Assembly: GCA_963924565.1 (NCBI GenBank)
Contig: OZ004608.1
Span: 6,076,001 to 6,140,000, forward strand
Source: Ascidiella aspersa
Taxonomy: Eukaryota
Length of the DNA stretch: 64,000 nucleotides
Direction of reading: 5' to 3'
The notes below the pieces were generated by a model. That model was not told the DNA's origin. It saw nothing but the letters and a program-made list of their open reading frames with translations, and did no database searches. A program made the translations under genes and the position numbers. Numbering within the stretch: position 1 is the first letter of the stretch; each line of letters opens with the position of its first letter. This document shows, in pieces, positions 50,903 to 62,582 of this stretch.

Positions 50903-51332
50903 CAGCGGTTCCCAAACTGGGGTTCGTAGAGCAGTTTCAGATGATTCGCAAGGAGAATTAGTCTTTAAGTTTTTAAATATTAGGCTTGAAAAAATGTTTT
51001 GAAACTTTTTCACAGTGGAAAAAAAATGTTTAGAAAATGTTTTTAAACTTTTTCTGTCATCATTATTAGTCCATAGTTATGCTTTATTATTAGATCATAT
51101 AACGTTTTTTATAATGCCTCTTGCGACATAAAGCATCTATTATGCTGTGTTAACTGCTATAAGCGAATTTTTAGCATTCGTTAGAAAGTTGTTACATTGG
51201 AAGAATCGTGACTGTAGTAGTGTACTACAAGAAACATGGGTCAATTAAGCCTTGAATTTTTATAGGGCCGCGAAATATAAAAACAATTGCGATCCACCAG
51301 GTAAGATTTTTAGAAAAGTTTGAGAACCGCTG
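50903..51332. mobile_element. hAT/Charlie-like MITE
   Basis: TIRs cagcggttcccaaact / agtttgagaaccgctg. Flanks ctctacag / atctggag are a partial 8-bp TSD. Confidence 0.8.
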
Positions 51333-51416
51333 ATCTGGAGCTAAATGCCGGCAAACTAAACAAGTGGGTAGCACTGAACAGAAAACAACCTCCGAGCAGT
51401 TGTTTTTGGATGATTC

Positions 51417-54400
51417 CTAAGTACGTGAAGTTTGTTGGGTTAGGTTTTGGTCGCTTGAAGTTTCCTGGCCTGAAACGCCAGAAGTTTTGCCCACGCATGA
51501 TATCTTCTTGCGAATGACGTCATTCTTGACACAGTAGCAATAGAACACCGCCAATCCCTGAAGCCCGTTCACCAGCGTGTGGATGTACGTCATCACTTCT
51601 GACGTCATCTCGTCGCCGAGACCTGGAGCAAAAATAGCTTCAATTATGTGGTAAATTTATTAGAAGATAAACGGCTTGCAGTGCCTGAAACTAAATACAA
51701 TTCTAAAGCAATTTCATCCAAATTTTAGCATTTTGGGAATATTGTCATCCTTATTACAAACGTAGCTTTGTTTAGGTTTGCCACAAAGCCATTCATTTTC
51801 TTTAAATTGCATTTCATTCTTAAAATCCTAAAAATCACTATATTTTTCTAAAATGTTTTGATTTTATGTGCAGCTTAAATAATTTGTTTAGAAAGTGCTG
51901 TGAGATAGACAATTTTTTTATTTTTTTTTGTATTGCGTTTCGCCTGACATTTATTCTGTTTTCATTTATAATTATCTTCAAAAGACGCCAAGTGATTATA
52001 TTGTAGGTCTTCAAAAACCGATCAATTTCCTTTGAAAAGTATTATACTGTCTTTGAATTTATTCATGAAAATACGAAACAACCCTGGTTCCCATTGACAA
52101 ATTTTACCTGTAAAAAATCCAAGAACCCACGTTGTTCCAAGAACCAACATCAAGAAAAAGAAGGCCTTGAAAAAGGTCTTCGCGTCTTGATCCACTTCCT
52201 CCGGATTTCTCCGCTTCTTGTTCTTCCTGGAGGAAAGGAGCACCCACGATCCGATGAGAGCAGAGAGGAAGTTGACCAGCAGACAAATCGCGATCGGCAC
52301 GACCACAGTGAGAATGAACACGTTGGTGCCAGGATCCAACCAGCATCTATCGAATTTGCTTCCCCCTTGTTGTGTAACGTTAATGTCCTTGACCTTGATG
52401 TAGTTTCCTGTTGGAAGACCAGCGGCGAGCGCCGATCCGACCACAAGTGCCGGGATGAACCATCCCACCACCAAGAACACCTTTAATCGCTTTTGAGAGT
52501 CTTGTACCTGAAATCCAATCGGGTTCGTCATGGCCATTGTCATTCGGATTCCGTCGATCGTAAACCAGCAACCTAAAAAAAACAAAATAAGGCTCAGCTA
52601 AGCTAAAAATGGAAAAGATGAAACACCGAATTTAAATTAGAAACAACATAGGCCATAAAGATTGATTAAGAACCAAAACTGTTCATAATACAAAAGGAAA
52701 AAACAACAACAAACGTTCTGTAGGTGTCCTTAATGTATTAAATTAACGAATGTAAACAGAACTAAACTATAGTAATCTCAATATTGCAATTAAGATAATA
52801 AATAGACAACAAATTGCTGAAAATTAGACGGTTATAAAAAAAACTCAAGATAATTTACCTTCAAGATATTCAATAGAAAACAAATAGTTGAAAACTAAAC
52901 ACTTTAAATTAAGAAAATATGAATAAAATAGGCATCACAAGTTAAAAGGTGAATGAATGTAGTTGGAACAGAAACATCTATGTCATGAGGTTAAACCGAC
53001 AGAATTTTCCAGGATTCAAACTTTCCAAAAAAGGACGGAGAAAGAGAAAAACGTGCAAATATTTATTTCCCAATTAGTTGTCACCTGACGCAATCAAGAA
53101 GTAGTGGATGCTGGCAGAGAGGAAGACACATCCGACTTGATGAAGGATTGCTGCATCCTGGAGGAGATTGGAGACGTGGAGGAGGAGGAGGGAGAAGACG
53201 ACGCAGAGCTGGATCAGGGTCCGGTCGCTGGCGATCTGCCGCTTGTGACGTAACAGCAGCGCGATGCTGAGCACGAGGAAGCAAACTGAGATCGACTCGC
53301 AAACGTACGAGGTGACCTAAAAATAAATGCACTATTTTTAAAACAACGGAGAAAAAATAAACTAAATATTATAATAATAGTCTTAGGGAAAAATTTGTGC
53401 TATAGCGTGAAATAATGTAATGTCTTTTGATAGTATAATAATATTAAAATATGGGTTTTAATTTGACGCAGCATTAGAATTACTTCAACATTTAAAGATA
53501 TAATTTATCGCTTTCAAAGTTTTTTCAATTTCGAGTTTTTTCTATCATGTCTGCCATTTACTTTTTTAAGTTTTCTGATTTTTGAATTTGCTTTATTTTG
53601 ATTTTTTGCAACTGTGTTTTGTTTTGTTAAAGTGCTGTCTTAACTATTTGAGGTAACGTTCTGATTAATTAAATCGTTTTCGAAACCGGTTGAATTTTTC
53701 AAAAGTAAGGCATTCCTGTATGACAAGAAAGTGTGTTTAAAAGTTGATTGAGTAAATTAACTAAAAAAGTTTTGTTTGGGGATTTGGCAATTTAGCATTA
53801 AATGTTTAGGGTTATCTTTATATAATTTACAAAAAGAATAAAATTTGGTTGTTTCAGTTAATTCTTAGGAATTTCGTTGCTCCTAAACAAATCACCCTAA
53901 TAAAAGGTTTAGTGTGAAATCACATGAGAGATATGTCTTTCTCTGTTTGTTTTTATATTGAATTTTTGTTCCAATACATTATATTATAATTTGTCAATCT
54001 CTTACTTTAACTCCAAGTGAAATGGCTCTAGTTTTCATTGAGAGCAGAATAGAAAACACGGTGAGGTGATCACATTCGCAGTGGACACGGTCGCCTATCA
54101 ATTTGCTACGGCATCCAGCTGTTGAATAAGCCGACGATCTGTCGATGAAACTGCAAGCATACTCCACTTTCTGCAAGCTAAGCTTTGCCGACGATATTAC
54201 ATTGTTTTGGCAAACCCCGCGGGATGTCTGTTCGGCGTTTGTAACTTGCCGCGAAAATGCGACGGAGCCCTTTAGGCTGGCACCAGTTTTGGCCTTGTAG
54301 CCTGACACGCTGGTGAAAACCTTGGGGCTTAGTTCAGCATAACGTTTACTGGAATCTTGCTGACCGCTATTGACAAAAGCGCATGATGTTAAATTGGTTT

Positions 54401-54700
54401 TAAAGACAACTTCAAATATTATGATAGCCCCTGATAAATTGCCGGCGATCTGGAAGGTAGCATTTACCGAGGATTTCTCAAAATCGACCAACCCTGACTC
54501 GATTGTTCCGCCGCTTGACGTTACAAGTTTCACCACAACTTGTACGCTGACTTCTGTGAGGTTGTATTGTAATGAATAGTTGCCTTTCGGAAGTTGCCTC
54601 AGGTTGTTGTTTTCCAATGTGTTAAGTTTTTGTAAAGAAACAATATCATCACCGTCAGACGCCGTTGTGTTGACCAGCTTCCTTATTTCACGATCGATTG
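51417..54700 (-). CDS. Adhesion GPCR module: GAIN/GPS + 7TM
   Basis: Exons 54700-54006 (ends CSFI..YSTAGC..CECDHL/TVFSILL, GPS with intact HL/T site), 53316-53085 (TM1-3, HYFLIAS), 52572-52108 (CWF..GWFIP..CWL..LGTTWVLG), 51622-51417 (NGLQG..stop). Phases 1/0/1/1 are consistent. No start codon or signal peptide of its own. Confidence 0.9.
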
Positions 54701-55626
54701 CTACAACCAAATATTATTATTTTATTATTCGAAAACTAATCATACAGCTTACAAGGCATTATTTCGCATTAAATAGGTGCAAATCTTATGTTGAAGTTTT
54801 GTTTGTGCGAAATTATAAAAAGATAACATTACAAATAGGATACCATGATTTTAAACAAAACGTGCAACTGCTTCCTCGACCTAACTTCTTAAATATTAAC
54901 AAAACGAACATTTCTATATTATTTGGCTTGTCGGTCTGATATTATATACGTTCATATAGCAAGAGAGGGACTGGGCTATACGTTGCGCACGTTTTGTACA
55001 CATTTCTCACTCTTAAGCGAGAAACTGCTCATTACGCCAGAATAGAAAGAAGTCATGTGCTCCCAGACAGAAAAAACTGGTCTCTTTCTATGAGAGAAAA
55101 ACGGAGTAATGAGAGCGCGTCTCAAGCGAGCGTCTCTTATACATGGTAATAGCAATTTGTTTAGGTTGTAAACAATACACAGGAAAGTTGTTTTTGTCAA
55201 AGGTAACCATTCAATAAAAGAAAAACAGTAAAGTACATCAAAAAGCATCGCGTTACACCTGACATGGTTTAGCGCCATAGCAGTTTGCCGCGGCACACCG
55301 GTTGCGGATTACTGTTTTAGACGTTGCGTCCTATCTGGCTGCCGGTATAGTTGACATACCATACCCCGACCCAATTGTTTGTGTTAGTTTTCTGGGTTTC
55401 AGGTTTGCGCATTGTGACAATTAATAGTTGATTGAAATAATAACGTTATGGTTTTAATTATTTATCGTAGGATATGTGCATGTTTAAAAAAATTCCTAAA
55501 CAACTTTATTCGTATATAAGTGGTTTGTTATATGTTTTTACTTTGCGTATCTTTTTGGCTCGATTAATGTATATTTTTTTCCAATGTAAAACTATGGCAA
55601 AATCACATGAGTCAGAACCAACTTAC

Positions 55627-57883
55627 CGGATACAGTGGTGACAGTGTTGGAAGTAGTTGGAGCCGTGGTGTTAGTTTTGGCAAAGGAAACAAAATCCACG
55701 GTGGTCGTTTGTTTTGTGTTGGTTGTAACTGAAGTGAATGATCGGGAAGAGACAGAGCTGGTTTGCATCGCAATACTTGTCTTACCCAGATCTGGAAGTG
55801 AAATGTTCACTAGGGCTTCACTTTAACACTAAAGCAACTTAACGCGAAAGCGAATCGTATATGCAACTAAATAAGTTTAACTCGTTTTGGGGTGGTCTGT
55901 TGGCTTTAATTTTTGGAATGCATGATAAGGTTTACTGTTTTTATTAAATATGGCAAAACATCCCTAGTATAACGGCCCTATTTGAAGTACAATGTTGGCA
56001 TACTTAAACTAGATAAACTCAAGTTCGACGCGTATTTTAAAAGTAGTTTTGTTACATATTTTCTACGCCACAATATAGCTATAGCGTCTCTCTTAGCGCT
56101 TATAGTGAATTTTTACCAAATTGCAAATTTTCCTGGTTAATCAAGTTATTATATTTTTTGCACAGTATATATGGTTATAGTGTTTTAAGTAAACCACGCA
56201 ACTTGGTGACGTTTCTCCAAAAAAATGTAAGGACACCCTTAAACAGAAATCCCTGATGCGTCTAAAATAACTCCCTAATTTAAACGCGAAATTAACGCAC
56301 GTTTCAAAGTTTTAACCCACTCCAATATGGTTGCCGGTTTATGTGACAAAACCGTAGCCCGATCCAATTGTTGCGTTGGTTGTCTGAGTTTTAGGTGAAT
56401 TGTTAAAATTGATAGTTGATTAAAACAATAACATATTGTTTTTTATATTTATATTGGAGTGTGTGCATGTTTAAAATAATCTCAAACAACTTTATTCATA
56501 TATAAGTGTTTTAAGATATGTTTTTACTTTGCTTCTCTTTTTGGTTCGATTAATGAATATTTTTTTACCAATGTAAAACCATTGCAAAATCTCATGAGTC
56601 AGAACTAACTTACCTGATACAGTGGAAGTAGTTGGAGCCACGGTGTTAGCTTTGGCAGATGAAGCGGAATTCACGGTGGTCGTTTGTGTTGCGTTGGTTG
56701 TAACTGAAGTGAATAGCGAGGAAGTGACAGAGCTCGTTTGCACAATACATTTCTCAACAAGGCCTGGAAGCGAATGTTTATTAGGTCTTCACTTTAACAC
56801 TAAAGAAACTTAACGCGAATCTTATATGGAACTAAATTAGTTTAAATCGCTATTTTGGGGTGATCTGTTGGCTTGAATTTTTGCAATGCACGACAAGGTT
56901 TACTGTTTTTATTAAATATGGCAAAACATCGCTTGAATAACGGCCCTATTTGAAGTACAATATTGGCCTACCTAAACAGATAAACTATAAGTTCGACGCG
57001 TTTTTTGAAAGTAGTTTTGTTACACATTTTTGTCGTGACAATATAGCTATAGCGTCTCTTTTAACCCTTTTACAATTTTTCTTAGTTAATCTAGTTATTA
57101 TATTTTTTGCACTGTATATATGGTTATAGTGTTTTAAGTAAAAGTTATAGAAAATTAAAAAAAATAGCATGACGCAACTTGGTTACGTTTGTCCGAAAAT
57201 TTTAAAGTCACCCTTAAACAGAAATGCCTAATCCTTGCCACATAATTTTAGCTATTCTGATCTATGATTTGTAGCTAAATGATTTGTAGCATTTTTCAAT
57301 TGAGATGTCCGGTTTGTGTTTATTTGTTTTATTTAAAAAACCAATAGAATATATTCACTTACCAATGGTTCTCTGGCATATGTACCCGAAGTTTGTGGTG
57401 GAGCAAGGAATGTCATACCACAGTGAATTGGTACTCCAGGAAATACCCATAGTGACGCAATTCTCATGAACACCAGTATTTCCTCCGTTGTCAGGTTGCT
57501 GTATTCCCCATGACGTATACATCAAACCTGTTCCATCCAACCATCGGAACTCACCACCATTTGCATTCCGCTTCAAACCGATGTAAAATCCCTTGTTTGG
57601 AACTGGAAACATGCGTTGGGTAAGGCCATAAGTGATGTAAAACTACAACTATAAGTGGAAGATTTTGTCACAAACCTGTATATTTGGTCAGAAATTTCTG
57701 AATCGTTGAAGAGTTGACTTTTGCCAAAGTCGCGTTCAGCTTACAACAAGCCGCACTTGCTCCATTAAAATTTGTCGAATCGTTCACAGCAATATAGTAT
57801 TCCTTCCCGTTTAACTGGTGCCAAGTAACAGCTGTTGTTGCAGTCAGAAGATAACACGCAACTAGTAATGAAGTGATTCGCAT
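55627..57883 (-). CDS. Lectin head B4 (signal, QPD CTLD, two mucin stalk exons); probable N-terminus of the adhesion GPCR
   Basis: Exons 57883-57676, 57602-57363 (QQPDNGGNTGVHENC..WYDIPC), 56763-56614 and 55791-55627, all open. The last donor G|GTAAGT is phase 1. No TM exon follows before 54700. Confidence 0.8.
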
Positions 57884-60359
57884 TATCGTGAATCAATTTT
57901 TAAATATTCTAAACGAAACTAAAAACAAAAATTAAAAGACTAAGCCGATTTTTGTTCCAGTGATTGCATTGAAAATTGATTTACCGACCACTTCAAACTT
58001 ATGCACTATTAGCAACGGAAAACTCATAAATATATTTGCAAAATATAACCTTACATCATGGTCGACGTTGAGTAAAGTCAAGTATTTTCTACTCTACACT
58101 GTTTTCAATATCTCGTTGTTGTGGCACCAGTATATAGCCTATGCTAGATGAAATGGTGTTTCCCAGGTTCACTGTTTGTCAGTTTAATTCTGACATATAA
58201 AAGACTGCTGCAGTTGAGCATGAATTTTAAGTTCATATCACCGGCAATAAACACGATCTATTGTGAATACCCATAGAGTTTTGCGTGGTTATACAAAATG
58301 AGGCACACCTGCATACCGTGGGCTCTTCGTCGTTATCTCAAGTTACGTCATTCTCTGGTAGGTTATTAAAGAGGCGGTAAGGCAAACGGCATCAAGCCTA
58401 CATCGCGCCTAAAGTTGTATTATATGCGCGTTCTTAATAACAGAGTAAATTAACTGAAATCGCGTATTGAAAGCCAAATTACAGCATTTAATCATGACGA
58501 AACTATTTAAAAATTTATGCTAAAAAGCTATCACAAACAAAGGAATCCGTGAATTTACTGATTACGCTAAAAATTCGCAGCTTTTTAAAGACAATCAGCA
58601 TAAAAGTTTAACTTTGCAAAGGCGATGACTTTACTTTGATTTTACGGTTAAGCAAACGTTGCGTTCAACGTCAGACAAACCTGTTAGAAATAAAAATTGA
58701 TTAAAGGTTAAAACCGCTGTAATAAACATGATATTTTACGAACTCTGCTTAAATTTTGCGTGATTAAACACACTGTAAAACTCCATTCAGCTGTGGCCTC
58801 AATCAAATTTAAATTATATTTTCGGGAATGTTAGTTGTACGATATTGGTTTAAGTGTCCTGATGATTAATTAAAGTAGGTTTAGCAACCGCTACACAGGT
58901 CGAACGACGCGGAAACAAATGGCTTAAAGGCACCAAAGAGAAAAGTTGGTTGTGTTACGCTTCCTTAAAACTGCAATATATGTGAACTAATTTGAGTAAA
59001 GATTTTAGTTATCGATGTACAATTACTACACATAAAAGTAATAAAAATAACAAAACGCTTCCATACGTTTTCTTAAGACACAAAACGCATCATAAAGTTC
59101 GAAAGGAAGTATCACCGTGTCCGCCAGCCTTTGCAGCAATCCGGCATTTTTAACCCCTAGGTTAAGAGTATGAAATGATCATCCGAAACTTCAGTCTATA
59201 TGTGAACGGTAGTTTGTACTTTTTGTATAAAACATTGAAACGCAAGTCAGCATTTCGTAAGCTTCTTACAAACCCAAAACATTTTTGAAAGAAATTTCTA
59301 TATTGTTACTGTCACTATCTAATATCCTGCGAAACATTATTGTAAGTTTGCCCGAATTTCGTTTTTCTGGTTGTCCACTGTGGTATTTAATAAAAGCTTA
59401 CATATAGCAATGAAGTTTCAAGCTATCTGATTGATCTTTTTAATTTTGTGTATTGAGTGCTTAGCTTATCTGATATATGTAGTCTTCATATGGGTTGTAA
59501 AACTGTAATAAAACCCTATATTGTATTAATGCTCAGTGTTAAAACTCTTGATTTGCACCAGCAGAGCTCTTTATTCTTTTCTGAAATACAATTCAGTGTC
59601 GGGTTTCGGCTTTTACAGCATTGTGGTCGTTTTAGTCAAACCCTTTTAGTTCCTTGTTATAACGTAATAGTTTTCACTCTACAGAAACAATGGCCTTATG
59701 TAAAAGACTTGATGTAATATCCGTCATTTGGCACCTATGTTCGGCAATGAAGTATGTAATGGGGAAACAAGCGGTGACAGCGCGTATACAAGAGAGAGAA
59801 GAGAAAAGAGAAAAGAGTTCACTTCGCGTTTACGCATGCGGAAGGAAAATTACAGGGCACCTACCGGACAATAAATAAAGAACTAATTAAAATATATTCC
59901 ACCAGCTTCGTCAGTATATCTCAGCAAATACGACAACTTAGTTGTATGGGCATAAAAACAAAAATCACCAAATTAAAACCATGAAACTCCACTAAACCAT
60001 AATTATGTCCAAAACAACAACAAAAGTATAATAACGCATCAGCAAACAGCTGAAAGGCGGCAAAGGAAAAACCGAAAGAAAAGGTGAAGTAAAGGCAGAA
60101 ACACGATACCAACACGAAAATAAGAACACACAAAAAACACGGTAACGCCAACACATTTGGGGCAGTAACATTTTTGAATCTTAATTTTGGCTTTAATTTT
60201 ATTCGTCCACCTTATGTCTTCGCAAGTATCTATGCATGAAAGACCGGGGCTGCGCAACAAATTGTAATTCAACGTAATATTTGGAAATTATTTAGTTGTT
60301 AAGGTTTGTTGTATATCGTAATGATGCTACATCGCTGTGATTTCACTTGAACCATCGTT

Positions 60360-60986
60360 CTATAAGGAACTGTGGATAGCTTGTTCAGACACAGAAAGGG
60401 TTCTCTTATAGCGCTCCATAGCAGAGCAGTCAGGACGGATCCCATTAATAATTTTATTCATTAGGCTAAATATATTCCCTTGGCCACTAAAAGGATATTC
60501 ACGAGCCAATAACACATACATTAACATGCCATAGCTGTACACATCATGCTTTTTGTTTGGTTTGATTGGATGGTCACTACTTAACACCTCAGGTGCTGCA
60601 AAGAGTGGGGTAAATGCATTGGATTGGGGAATTCCCATAGATGTTGTTATTCCTGTTTGGTTAGTCTAGCCCCACCAAAATCAGCCAACTTACAGTGCAA
60701 GTCAGAAGTTAGCAAAACATTATCTGGTTTTAAATCGCTATGGATAAGGGATTTCTCTGGAGAAAAGTTGTGCAAAAATACAAGACATTTTGAGATTTCT
60801 AAAGCGATTCGAAGCCGTAATAAAGGCCCCATATCACAACGCTTGTTAAACAGCAAAGACCCAAGATTCCCCCCCTCATAATATTGCATGACAAGCCCCA
60901 GCGAAAGATGCCACTTGGCCCATCCGTGAACACGAGCTACATTTTCATGGTTAGCTCTCTGAAGCATTTCAGACTCATCTTTAAAG
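60360..60986 (-). pseudogene. RIPK/ANKK1-like (TKL group) protein kinase pseudogene
   Basis: FKDESEML..HENV..LVMQY..GNL..HSDLKPDNVLL..KLADFG, then a frameshift near 60655; the second frame has FAAPE..HDVYSYG..RP. Stops before subdomain XI. The N-lobe exon is not clearly recognisable. Confidence 0.8.
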
Positions 60987-62582
60987 CTAAAATAAAAACA
61001 ATTTACTGTTAAAAGTTAAATAAGCATGTATATATTGTAATTTTTACATTAACGCCACTGCTTACTTTCTACCTTTTACCAAATTTAACTACACTTTACT
61101 TATTGTAATAATTTCTCCACGCCCCCTACTTTGAAAATACTACATTTGATGCATGGTTGCGAATCGTGAAATTCTATCATTTTGTTCCGTCATTTTTTTA
61201 AGCTGTTTCAGTTAAATTCCTTAAGAGTTATTTTGCTTGTTGTTGACTCGTGAATGTATACCTAAAGGTGTTAAGTAAAAGTAAACCACAAAGATAAGTT
61301 TATTAAAGTTAAGTGTTTTTTGTTTGTATACTACACATGTATGTAAATTGTGGCTGTAAATGCAGTGAACTGTTAATGCCTGAAACTGTCGATAACCCGG
61401 TAAAATACATTGCATTTTTACTAATTCTTGGTTATCACATAAGTGACTTAGTTAAACTGAATTCCTGATTTATTTTTAAAGTATTGTTGACCAAACTTTT
61501 GGTACTGGTTTGATGTTTTCCTTCCTCGTTTTTGGTGGTGCCACTGTGGGCTATATGGACACGGTTTGAAAACTGTTTGTGATTGCTTCACTAAAAATCT
61601 CAAAATAAAGTAATTCGATAAAGGTTTTACAGTTTCTGTGGATACTTCGACCACGATCGGTGTTACACCTTGAAAGCAGAGGCAGCGTGTGACGTAGCTA
61701 GGAACCTAGCCACTTTCATAACAGGCTACGTTACACTTATCAACATTTGAAACAACCCTCATTAAAAAACTCAGTGAATTAAAATGAATGCATACATAGG
61801 TGTCGATCGTGGGTGTGCAGAGCGTTTTTGGCAGGGAGTTAAAGCACCCTGAAATTTGACATAGTTATAAGCACAATTAATTTGTAAATTTCAATTCTGA
61901 AAAACTATTACAAAGATGCGCCGTCACTAGTACAGTTCACTAAAATAATGTGCAAAACTTACAGCGTGTCGAAATATCGGTTCGCACTTGCAGAGCAGAT
62001 ATATTAACCAATGTGCTGAACTTGCAAAATACAGCCTGCCAATGTAAATTTTTATCCGTCTTTTGCGGCCATTTACAGAAATTTAAAATTTATTGATGCA
62101 TCCGGTACTTACATGTTTTGAAGTAAGATTCCCCCCTAAAGCACCATAAATACTCTGAAACTATCAACTATGAAAAGTTCTTTCAAAAAGTATTGTCAGG
62201 TAAAATTTATTACGAGCCCACCTTTAGGTTTGACATGCGTCTAAAAGCATGCCTATCCCTGATGTAGGTCAACCTTAGGCCTGACAAAATCGCTCAAAAG
62301 CTGACACACTACTTTGTGTGAGGTAACAATTCATTAATATTAAAACACGCTGAGGCGATAGGTCGCTTAGTACGATAAAAAAACAGTAATCCAAAGCGAA
62401 AAATTAAAACAACTTTGTTGAACATCAGTTCTAGCGCAACGACGAGGCCTACGTAATAAAAATTTGCTAGCAACTCAACAAAACTTCAGATATGCCACAA
62501 AACATTCTGAGCTTTCTCTGCTCGTCAGGTCTCCAAATATGCTACGATTTGTCATTAAGTATAACTTAAATGCCGTTCTAAC

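Noticed and set aside
61060-61200. Kinase N-lobe exon
   Set aside because: Only faint Gly-loop-like traces interrupted by stops; not supportable.
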